Of a stretch of DNA of 61,011 nucleotides, positions 40,625-48,938 are shown in pieces. How positions within the stretch are numbered: position 1 is the first letter of the stretch; each line of letters opens with the position of its first letter. Source of the DNA: Colwellia sp. (GTDB lineage Bacteria; Pseudomonadota; Gammaproteobacteria; Enterobacterales; Alteromonadaceae). Under the pieces are notes generated by a model. That model ran no database searches and was not told the origin of the DNA. It saw only the letters and a program-made list of their open reading frames with translations. A program made the position numbers and the translations under genes. Location of the stretch: NCBI GenBank assembly GCA_022969215.1, contig JALJPA010000003.1, positions 1 to 61,011 of the forward strand, written 5' to 3'.

Positions 40625-41989
40625 ATGACACAACATTTTGATTATCTTGCCATTGGTGGCGGTAGTGGTGGTATAGCATCAGCTAACCGTGCAGCTAGAT
40701 TAGGTAAGAAGGCCGCAGTTATTGAAGCTAAATACATTGGTGGTACCTGTGTCAATGTTGGTTGTGTCCCGAAAAAAGCCATGTGGTACGCCGGACAAAT
40801 AGCCGATGCGTTAAAATATGCCCATGATTACGGCTTTAGCCAGCATCTTAGTCAAGGTGAGTCTCAATTTGATTGGGGCAAGTTAGTTGCCAACCGTGAA
40901 GCTTATATTAAACGAATTCATGCGGCCTATCAGCGTGGTTTTGATGCGAATGATGTCACTGTGATTAATGGCTTTGCCAAATTTGTTGATAAAAACACTG
41001 TCGAGGTTAATGGTGAGCTGATCACCGCTGATCACATAACTATCGCTACCGGCGGACGTCCATCAATTCCAACTATCGAAGGTGCTGAGTACGGTATCGA
41101 TTCCGATGGCTTTTTTGCTTTAACTGAGCAACCTAAAAGCGTTGCTGTTATTGGTGCAGGTTATATTGCCGTTGAATTAGCCGGAGTCTTTCAAGCCTTG
41201 GGCACTGATTCTCACTTAGTAGTGCGTAAAGAAAAACCATTGCGCGGCTTTGATGACATGTTAAGTGATACCTTAGTTGAACAAATGGCTAAGCACGGTC
41301 CTAAGCTACACAATCACAGCACACCAGAACGCATTGAGAAACTGAGTGACGGAAGATTAGTTGTGCACTTTACTAATGGTAAATCATTAGCGCCAGTAGA
41401 TACTGTAGTTTGGGCAATTGGCCGTGAGCCAGCCACCGATAATATCAACTTAGCTGCCACAGGCGTAGAAGTTAATGAACGTGGTTTTATTGTTACTGAT
41501 AAATATCAAAACACCAATGTTGCCGGTATATATGCCGTAGGTGATAACACCGGTCGAGCACAATTAACACCGGTTGCTGTTGCTGCAGGGCGCCGTTTAT
41601 GTGAGCGTTTATTTAACAATAAACCAGACTTACATTTAGATTATTCAGGCATTGCTACGGTAGTTTTTAGTCACCCTGTGATTGGCACTGTCGGATTAAC
41701 CGAAGACGAAGCTAAAGCTGAATACGGTGCAGATAATATTACCGTTTATAACTCACAATTTACCGCACTTTATCAAGCGATCACGGAAGATTATCGTGAC
41801 CCTACTCGCATGAAGTTAATTTGTGTCGGTAAAGATGAAAAAGTGGTTGGTTTACACAGTATTGGTTTTGGTAGTGATGAGTTATTACAAGGTTTTGCTG
41901 TGGCGATGAAAATGGGCGCCACTAAAGCTGATTTTGATAACACTATTGCTATCCATCCAACTTCAGCAGAAGAGTTTGTCACTTTATAG
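40625..41989 (+). CDS. gor: Glutathione-disulfide reductase
   Basis: [19 protein letters not shown] redox disulfide, [30 protein letters not shown]. Confidence 0.97.
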   Translation: MTQHFDYLAIGGGSGGIASANRAARLGKKAAVIEAKYIGGTCVNVGCVPKKAMWYAGQIADALKYAHDYGFSQHLSQGESQFDWGKLVANREAYIKRIHAAYQRGFDANDVTVINGFAKFVDKNTVEVNGELITADHITIATGGRPSIPTIEGAEYGIDSDGFFALTEQPKSVAVIGAGYIAVELAGVFQALGTDSHLVVRKEKPLRGFDDMLSDTLVEQMAKHGPKLHNHSTPERIEKLSDGRLVVHFTNGKSLAPVDTVVWAIGREPATDNINLAATGVEVNERGFIVTDKYQNTNVAGIYAVGDNTGRAQLTPVAVAAGRRLCERLFNNKPDLHLDYSGIATVVFSHPVIGTVGLTEDEAKAEYGADNITVYNSQFTALYQAITEDYRDPTRMKLICVGKDEKVVGLHSIGFGSDELLQGFAVAMKMGATKADFDNTIAIHPTSAEEFVTL

Positions 41990-42011
41990 CCGTTAACAAA
42001 CTTTATATTTC

Positions 42012-42043
42012 AGATTGATGCTAACAGTGATTAGCATCAATCT
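42012..42043 (+). terminator. Hairpin after gor, probable intrinsic terminator
   Basis: AGATTGATGCTAA cagtga TTAGCATCAATCT followed by ACTTCTT. Confidence 0.6.
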
Positions 42044-42317
42044 ACTTCTTGCTTCACCCCCCTTAAAATTCAATTAAGCTGACGCTAATGGTATAACTGG
42101 CCGAATCACGTCACTGACAATTAACCCTTCCATTTCTGAAAATTAGTCCATGAGACACTTGATTGTCTTATTTATTAGGCGTTTAGCTTGTTCTGTCGCC
42201 GACTGTTTTGGTTTTTGCATAGCTATACTTGCTATACAAAAATTAGCACCTAATCTTAGCTATTACTTGTTTAGTAACCTGAGGCAGGCGAAAGCATGCC
42301 AAATCAAAGGATTGAAG

Positions 42318-43997
42318 ATGAAACATTACTTTAGAGATATGCCGTTACGGATAAAGCTATTTAGTTATGCCGGTGTGATGTTATTTTTGCTCGTTACTAG
42401 CTTTATTTTTTCTAGCTATTCATTAAATAGTATAGGTAAAGAGTTAAATACTATTGTCGAAGAAGATATACCGTTAACGCAAATGCTCTCCAAAATGACA
42501 GTGACTCAGTTAGAGCAAGCCATTTCCTTTGAAAGAGCGCTCCATTATGGGGCAACTTTAACGCTTGAAACAAAAGCACCACAGCACTTTCAACAAGCGA
42601 TTAACCATTTTCATCAGGGGACTGAAGTCATAAATCAGTCGATAGCAGATGCTGAATTCATTGTTGATCAAGGTAGACATATTAACTCCGAAGCCCTACA
42701 GGTCAAACTTAGCCAGGTGAGTAAATCACTAAAACATATTCATGCGGCTCATGATAGTTACATAGAGCATGCTCAAGAAATATTTACCTTATTAGCAAAA
42801 GGCGAACAGCACCTAGCGGAAGAGCTCATTGAAAAAATTGAAGTGGAAGAAGAAGCATTAGATAAAGAAAATGAAGATTTACTGAATAATTTGCAATTGT
42901 TTACTAAAAAAAGTGCCATGGCTGCAAAAGAGCATGAAGAGTCGGCACTTACTATGCTGCTTATCATTGGTTTGGCAAGTATATTTATAGGTGGTGTTTT
43001 TAGCTTTTTATTAAGTAACTTTATTGTTCGGGGTATTCAAAGTGCTATCACTACGGCTTCTGGCGATCTAACCAAAGAAATTAAAGTAACCAGTAAAGAT
43101 GAAATTGGTCAATTACTTGAAGCGATGAATGCCATGAAGGCTAATTTACTCAGCATGATCCGAGAAATTACCGGTATAACCGGAGAGCTTTCCAGTGCTT
43201 CAAGTGATATGTCAGCTGTTACTAGCCACACTAATGACATGATGACTCAGCAAGTGAGTGAAACCGAATTAGTAGCCACCGCTATGAATCAAATGACGCA
43301 AACCGTACATTCAGTTGCCAGTAATATTAGTGAAACAGCCAGCCATGCTTTTGATGCAATAAAGCATACAGATGAGGGAAAAAAGGTTGTTGATAATGCG
43401 GTGTGTGAAATTGAGCAGCTTGCCACACAGATTGCTTTAGCAGGCGAAACGATTAATGATTTACAGCAACAAGGCGATGAAATTAACTCGGTTATGGATG
43501 TTATTACTAGCATTGCCGATCAAACTAACTTATTAGCATTAAATGCAGCAATTGAAGCTGCTAGAGCTGGGGAGCAGGGACGAGGATTTGCAGTTGTTGC
43601 CGATGAGGTCCGAACTTTGGCTGAACGTACGCAACTGTCAGCGAAAGAAATTAGTACCATGATTGAAAATCTGCATAAAAATACCAACCATGCAGTAAGT
43701 ATTATGAAACAAAGCCAACAACAAACTGAAGCAGCTGTTTGTGGCACTAAAGCATCAAGACAAGCTTTTGAGGTTATATCCGAATCAGTGAATCAAATAA
43801 GTATAATGTGCGAACAAATAGCGGGGGCAGCAGAGCAGCAAGGCTCAGTAAGTGAGGAAATCAATCGTAATATTGTGCAAATAAATGATATGTCGTCACA
43901 GACTGCCTCAGGAGCAGAGCAAACGAATGTAGCAAGCAAGGGGCTAGCTAGCATGGCAAAAAAACTACAGGGCTTGTTAAATAATTTTGCCGTGTAA
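42318..43997 (+). CDS. Methyl-accepting chemotaxis protein
   Basis: Two TM helices, helical periplasmic domain, HAMP (GDL...DEIGQL), [37 protein letters not shown]. Start moved to ATG 42318 behind the AAAGGA SD. Confidence 0.93.
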   Translation: MKHYFRDMPLRIKLFSYAGVMLFLLVTSFIFSSYSLNSIGKELNTIVEEDIPLTQMLSKMTVTQLEQAISFERALHYGATLTLETKAPQHFQQAINHFHQGTEVINQSIADAEFIVDQGRHINSEALQVKLSQVSKSLKHIHAAHDSYIEHAQEIFTLLAKGEQHLAEELIEKIEVEEEALDKENEDLLNNLQLFTKKSAMAAKEHEESALTMLLIIGLASIFIGGVFSFLLSNFIVRGIQSAITTASGDLTKEIKVTSKDEIGQLLEAMNAMKANLLSMIREITGITGELSSASSDMSAVTSHTNDMMTQQVSETELVATAMNQMTQTVHSVASNISETASHAFDAIKHTDEGKKVVDNAVCEIEQLATQIALAGETINDLQQQGDEINSVMDVITSIADQTNLLALNAAIEAARAGEQGRGFAVVADEVRTLAERTQLSAKEISTMIENLHKNTNHAVSIMKQSQQQTEAAVCGTKASRQAFEVISESVNQISIMCEQIAGAAEQQGSVSEEINRNIVQINDMSSQTASGAEQTNVASKGLASMAKKLQGLLNNFAV

Positions 43998-44049
43998 GCT
44001 AGCTCAGCTTCGATCGATGAACATTTGGTTTAGTTAACTTTAGTTAACA

Positions 44050-44095
44050 AAAAATCCCCTGATACTTACTTGAATATAAGTCTCAGGGGATTTTT
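44050..44095. terminator. Bidirectional intrinsic terminator between convergent MCP and DUF4399 genes
   Basis: AAAAATCCCCTGA...TCAGGGGATTTTT with A/T tracts on both sides. Confidence 0.7.
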
Positions 44096-44131
44096 ATAAA
44101 TGCATATTGTTTAATGCTATTTTATTTATCT

Positions 44132-44572
44132 TTACTCAACGGTAATAGTAATCTTCTTAGAAACAACCGCTGGTTTATGAGGAATATGATGATGATCGCC
44201 CATAATCAGCTGCAAAGTATGTGTGCCTTTAGGTAAGGTTAACGTTGTTTGAGTTTGACCACCACCGAAGTGTTTTACATCACCACCCATCGGCATATCA
44301 AAAGCAGGCAGTGAGGCCTTATCAATTAATAAGTGATGATGACCCGTATGCTTTTTCGCCATACCAGCAGGAGCAACACCCATATCTTTTAAACCAAAAG
44401 TCACTGTAAAAGTACTTTTCACGGTTGCACCATCGGCAGGTGAAATAATGTAAACATTAGCACTAGCTGGAGATACAGATTGCGGCATACTGCTGGCGTT
44501 AGCTAGTTCCGATGTTAATAACACAGGGCTTAACGCTAAAGTTAACAGTGATAATTGGATAAATTTTTTCAT
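44132..44572 (-). CDS. Secreted DUF4399 domain protein (His-rich)
   Basis: Signal peptide; VYIISPADGATV, FGL..MGVAPAG, TGHHHLLID, HFGGGQT, G.HTLQLIMGDH.HIPH. Confidence 0.83.
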   Translation of the reverse strand: MKKFIQLSLLTLALSPVLLTSELANASSMPQSVSPASANVYIISPADGATVKSTFTVTFGLKDMGVAPAGMAKKHTGHHHLLIDKASLPAFDMPMGGDVKHFGGGQTQTTLTLPKGTHTLQLIMGDHHHIPHKPAVVSKKITITVE

Positions 44573-44675
44573 CTTATGACTCGCTTATTTCAAGTAAATA
44601 ATCTTAATCGATTGTTTTAATTAATTTTCGGATGGGATAAAAATAGCGGTACTTATTGTAGCCGTCAATATTTGA

Positions 44676-45458
44676 TTAAAATTGGTAATCTATTTTAAAA
44701 TTAAAACTGGTGTCAGTCTGGCTGTAATTTCCCCAATCTAAATTGGAATATACTATTTCACCCGCTAACCCCATACCAAAAGAAAATCTATGTTCTATGG
44801 CGATGTTTGCACCTATCATATAACCATCACTTTTAAGTTGCTGGGTAGTGGCATTGGTAATGTTTTTATTGCCGTTGAGCTGACCCCATTGATAAAAAGG
44901 GCCACCATAGATAATGTCTCTGGCAGCGAATTTATAACCGACTACCCAGGCAATGTCATAAACATTGGTGTCATGCTGCCAATTGCCCGTTTCTGAGACA
45001 TAATCACAATAAAAATCATTGCAATCGCTGTAATAGCCACCATTGTAGTATTGCTCACTAGTAGTATTTCTTTCATAACCTAAGGTAAACGCTTGTGAAA
45101 GATTCCCTTTCGTTGATTGCTCCGTATGGGCACCATAAAATTGATATTTGATACCAACATGAGTCGCTGAATCTTCATCACCTCGTAGTGATATTTCTAA
45201 ACCTTTTGCTGCGGTGATATTACCTCGGTAATAGCCATAAAGATTCGTGCCACTAATATCATAATCATCCCCTTGCTCTTCTATAATCAACCTTGTTCTA
45301 CCGCCATAACCTAAAGCTAAATTCACTTTTAAAGGTTCACTGCTAACTTCTGGATTATCAAATCGAGTAGTAGACATAGAGACACTAACGGGGTTAGTAG
45401 AACAAGCCGATAATAATATAACTAAACATAGGCTGGTGAGTAGGGGGGAATATTTCAT
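44676..45458 (-). CDS. Hypothetical lipoprotein with beta-barrel-like character
   Basis: MKYSPLLTSLCLVILLSAC lipobox (start moved to ATG 45458); amphipathic strands; ends FNFKIDYQF. Confidence 0.6.
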   Translation of the reverse strand: MKYSPLLTSLCLVILLSACSTNPVSVSMSTTRFDNPEVSSEPLKVNLALGYGGRTRLIIEEQGDDYDISGTNLYGYYRGNITAAKGLEISLRGDEDSATHVGIKYQFYGAHTEQSTKGNLSQAFTLGYERNTTSEQYYNGGYYSDCNDFYCDYVSETGNWQHDTNVYDIAWVVGYKFAARDIIYGGPFYQWGQLNGNKNITNATTQQLKSDGYMIGANIAIEHRFSFGMGLAGEIVYSNLDWGNYSQTDTSFNFKIDYQF

Positions 45459-45760
45459 TAATGTCAGATCCTTTTGATATTTTGCCGGCAAAGATAGCAA
45501 AATTATAGAGTTGGCTCAAATAAAAATAGGTCTCATTCTTAAATATAAATTAAGAGGGGGAATATGGGGTGATATGTAAGGGTAACGGGTATCAATATTA
45601 ACTCTGTTTTGTTAAATTCAAGCAAAAGGTTGGTCGAAATATAACCCCTTAAGTGTCATTGGTCAGTTACATTTAATTACTTGATAGCACTTTAATTTTT
45701 TTAGACAACTTGTAATACTGATGCATCGCAAGGTTGACTGCATGGCTTAATTTGCTTTTA

Positions 45761-45789
45761 TTGACTAGGTTAATTTTTTTGATTAACAT
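45761..45789 (+). promoter_or_regulatory. Putative sigma70 promoter of the leader-czcCBA operon
   Basis: TTGACT (45761-66), 17 nt, TAACAT (45784-89); overlapping inverted repeat GTTAAT-N7-ATTAAC. Confidence 0.45.
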
Positions 45790-45830
45790 CTTCCTTCGCA
45801 GGTTCTTATATTAGGGTAAACATAATACCG

Positions 45831-46178
45831 ATGAAAAACACTTGGCTTGGCTTAGTATTAGTATTATTGATTGCATTGCAATCATATGCTGCTGTGGCTA
45901 ATTCAGATGAAAGTCATCAAGTTGACTCACAACATATTCTCACAGAACATTCTCATGATGTTGATGACATTGAACTTTTCGATGAATCATCTGACAGTGA
46001 ACATAATATTAAAGACTGCCATCACTGTGGTCATTGTCAAGGCGCTCATACCCAATGGGTTGCCAGTAACAAATCTGCTTTACCGACACCTCAATTTATA
46101 ATCACCAATCAATATTTCTATACAGACAATTTTGATAAGAGCTTCATTGAAGAGCTTATACGCCCCCCCATTTCTTAA
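45831..46178 (+). CDS. Exported His/Cys-rich small protein with C-terminal RPP (CzcI/DUF2946/CutF-like leader)
   Basis: Signal peptide MKNTWLGLVLVLLIALQSYAAVA; His/acidic tract; DCHHCGHCQG; ends ELIRPPIS; first gene of the metal-efflux operon. Confidence 0.75.
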   Translation: MKNTWLGLVLVLLIALQSYAAVANSDESHQVDSQHILTEHSHDVDDIELFDESSDSEHNIKDCHHCGHCQGAHTQWVASNKSALPTPQFIITNQYFYTDNFDKSFIEELIRPPIS

Positions 46179-46303
46179 TTTAATTTAAAAACTACCCGCA
46201 ACAAACCTTATCTTTAAGCAAAGCTTAACTAAAGCCGAATTTGATTTAGCTTAGTTAGTTTATTTGAGCTTAGTTGCGACATTTTATTGTTAAATTAAGA
46301 GAT
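46170..46303 (+). promoter_or_regulatory. Long nested mRNA stem-loop pairing the leader stop region with the czcC RBS
   Basis: ATTTCTTAATTTAA (46170-83) pairs with TTAAATTAAGAGAT (46290-303): 14 bp with one G-U. Inner helices CGCAAC/GTTGCG, TAAGC/GCTTA, TAACTAAAGC/GCTTAGTTA. Confidence 0.65.
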
Positions 46304-46307
46304 TATT

Positions 46308-47546
46308 ATGAAATTTTTCTCGGTAAAATCTGCTGGCGTAGCGTTATTCATTAGCTACTCGGCAACTATGTCGGTAAGTTGTTTGGCTTTTGCACAAACA
46401 ACTTTATCAAGTGATTGGCTTGATCGACAAATCAATAAACATCCTGATATTGTCTCAGCGCGTGAACTGATGAATGCTGAATTCTCAAAAGCACAGGGCA
46501 GTAAGTTACCACTTTATAACCCTGAATTGTCTACCGGTTATGAGCGAGAAGGTGATGGCAATAACTTTAATATTGGTATTAGCCAAACCATTGATTTGTG
46601 GGATAAGCAGGCCGTTAATGTTGCCATTGGCGATAAAATATTAACCGTAGCTAGTAATCAATTTACTTACGCAGTAGCACAAAAAAAAGCCCAAGCATTA
46701 ACAGCATTGATTAACTGGCAACTTGCCACGGACAAATCGGTACTTGCGTTTGAGCAGGAACAACAATTAGATATTCTGCTAAAAATTGTTACTAAAAGGC
46801 AGCAGGCTGGCGATCTTGGTCCGGTTGATGCTGAGCTGACGTTCTTGAATTTGTCGCAACTACTCAATAAAACTGCGCAAATACAAGCACAGTTAACCCA
46901 AGCTCAAGCGGATGTTAATGAACTACTGCCTGACTGGCGCCCTGATACTCAGGTGTATCCAGAGAAGGGCTTGGGAGTTACAAACTTTCAAGTAGTTGAG
47001 CAGTGGTTAACACAGCATCCGCAAGTATTAGCGGCGCAAGCGCTATGGCAAGTACAAAAAAACATTGCTCAATATGCCATGCTTGAAACCAAAGCAGATC
47101 CTACTATTGGTCTTAGTGCCGGAAAAAATGCTGACGATAATATAGTCGGCATCACCTTTTCTATGCCATTAAATATTCGTAATGACTACCAAGCCAATGC
47201 CAAGGCCAAAAATCAGCAAGCTATCGCCGCAGAAGCGAGTTTTCGTGCGGTTATGCGCAAACAAAAGTATCTGATACAGGCAAGTACCGCGTCATTAATC
47301 TCTAACAAAAAATACCTTGGCCGTTGGCAAGAGTTAATGACAGGGCGTGGCGAAAATAGTGCCCAGTTATTGCAAAAACAATGGCAATTAGGTGATTTAA
47401 ATACCTCTGATTATTTATTAGCGTTACAACAAAGAGCGGAAGGTTTATACGCGGGCATTGAATTACAAGCCCAGTTCAAATTAAGCGAAGTGCAATGGTT
47501 ACTGAATGTCGGCCAATTAAATGTCGCCACTAAGCTATTAAACTAA
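46308..47546 (+). CDS. TolC-family outer-membrane efflux protein (CzcC-like)
   Basis: Signal peptide; HPDI..A, YNPEL, GISQTIDLW.K, R..AGD, HPQV..A, FSMPL..RN; first of the CBA triad. Confidence 0.85.
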   Translation: MKFFSVKSAGVALFISYSATMSVSCLAFAQTTLSSDWLDRQINKHPDIVSARELMNAEFSKAQGSKLPLYNPELSTGYEREGDGNNFNIGISQTIDLWDKQAVNVAIGDKILTVASNQFTYAVAQKKAQALTALINWQLATDKSVLAFEQEQQLDILLKIVTKRQQAGDLGPVDAELTFLNLSQLLNKTAQIQAQLTQAQADVNELLPDWRPDTQVYPEKGLGVTNFQVVEQWLTQHPQVLAAQALWQVQKNIAQYAMLETKADPTIGLSAGKNADDNIVGITFSMPLNIRNDYQANAKAKNQQAIAAEASFRAVMRKQKYLIQASTASLISNKKYLGRWQELMTGRGENSAQLLQKQWQLGDLNTSDYLLALQQRAEGLYAGIELQAQFKLSEVQWLLNVGQLNVATKLLN

Positions 47547-47591
47547 AACCGGTATCTCATCTTACATAACTACCATAAGCGTAGGTGTAAG

Positions 47592-48923
47592 TTGTCAAAG
47601 AATTTGGAATTTAAAATGAAAAATATAATAACTGATAAAGTATCTCAAAAAGTAAAAACAATCACTCTAAGCTATCTCTTTACTGGCTTAGCCGTGGTAT
47701 CGACCACTGTGTTAGCCTACAGCGATGCTGCGCTTGAAAATCCGAAACCGGTAGTGCAAACAATAGTGGCACAAGCGGAACATAAACATGAAACTGGCCA
47801 TGATCACGAAAGTGAGCAGAAAGCAGCAGAGGATGAAACTGGTCATGATCATGACAGTGAAAATAAAGCCGACGATGGTCACGGGCATGAAAAGTCTAGT
47901 GAAGAAGATCATGAAGAAGGCATAAGCTTCAGCCCAGAAAAAATGGCCTTAGCTAATATCAAAGTATCTACTCTAAGGGCAAAAATTTTCGCTAAAAGCG
48001 TTTATGCCCCAGGAGAAATAAAAGCCAACGGTTACACCAGTTATATTGTCTCGCCACGTACTGAGTCAGTAGTGATCAGCCGTCACGCTATTTTGGGCGA
48101 ACATGTCGAAAAAGGTCAAGCGCTAGTGACACTATTTAGTGAGTCAATGGCAGACGCACAAGCCGAATATCGTCTTGCTTATAGCGAGTGGCAGCGCACT
48201 AAAAAATTGGGTCTTGGTACAGTCAGTGAAAGCCGTTTATTAGCCAGTGAAACAGCTTATATTACGACCTCTGGTCGGCTAAAAGCCTTTGGTTTAACCA
48301 AAGCCGCCATTGACGATATTGTTAAGAATAATTCATCAAACCTTGGTGAGTATACCTTGGTAGCTAAACGCGCTGGTGCGGTATTAAGTGATGATTTTTC
48401 CCAAGGGCAGCGAGTGATGCCTGGGGATAAAATAATGGTCTTGGCCAACGAAGAAAGTTTATGGGTAGAAGCGCGCGTTTCACCCAATAAGAAACTGAAC
48501 TTACCCGTAGGAACCCTAGCTAAAATTGAGTTTGCTGGCCAAGTACATTTCGCTAAAGTGATCCAAGAAGCACACACCATAGACCCCATTACCCGTACTC
48601 GAATTGTGCGATTGTCCGTTGACAATAAAGATGACACCTTACATTCCGGCATGTTTGTTAATGTAAATTTTCAGTTTGATACCCAAACCCCAGTAATGGC
48701 GGTACCAGAAACGGCATTAATGCGTGGCGCTGATGGTGATTGGACGGTATTTGTTGAAGATCACCCAGGTGAGTTTAAAGCCGTTGAAGTAGAGCTGGGT
48801 CAGCCTTTAGGTCATTACCGTCAAATTATCGGTATTGCCCCTAATACGCGAGTAGTAATCAAAGGTGCATTCTTTGTTGCTTCAGAAATTGCAAAAGGCG
48901 GATTTGATCCGCACGGCCACTAG
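47592..48923 (+). CDS. RND efflux periplasmic adaptor (CzcB-like) with His-rich N-terminal region
   Basis: His/acidic tract; APGEI.AN, G..V.KGQ.L, LWVEA, IDPITRT, GMFV, ends GGFDPHGH. Start TTG 47592 or ATG 47616. Confidence 0.88.
   Translation: MSKNLEFKMKNIITDKVSQKVKTITLSYLFTGLAVVSTTVLAYSDAALENPKPVVQTIVAQAEHKHETGHDHESEQKAAEDETGHDHDSENKADDGHGHEKSSEEDHEEGISFSPEKMALANIKVSTLRAKIFAKSVYAPGEIKANGYTSYIVSPRTESVVISRHAILGEHVEKGQALVTLFSESMADAQAEYRLAYSEWQRTKKLGLGTVSESRLLASETAYITTSGRLKAFGLTKAAIDDIVKNNSSNLGEYTLVAKRAGAVLSDDFSQGQRVMPGDKIMVLANEESLWVEARVSPNKKLNLPVGTLAKIEFAGQVHFAKVIQEAHTIDPITRTRIVRLSVDNKDDTLHSGMFVNVNFQFDTQTPVMAVPETALMRGADGDWTVFVEDHPGEFKAVEVELGQPLGHYRQIIGIAPNTRVVIKGAFFVASEIAKGGFDPHGH
47788..47869 (+). 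repeat. Intragenic 45-nt-period imperfect tandem duplication encoding ETGHDH(E/D)SExKA
   Basis: ATGAAACTGGCCATGATCACGAAAGTGAGCAGAAAGC (47788) and ATGAAACTGGTCATGATCATGACAGTGAAAATAAAGC (47833). Confidence 0.8.
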
Positions 48924-48938
48924 GTAAGGAATGAAATT

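Noticed and set aside
40655-40670. GGCGGTAG ops-like sequence
   Set aside because: Lies in the GGGSGG codons of gor, not in an operon leader.
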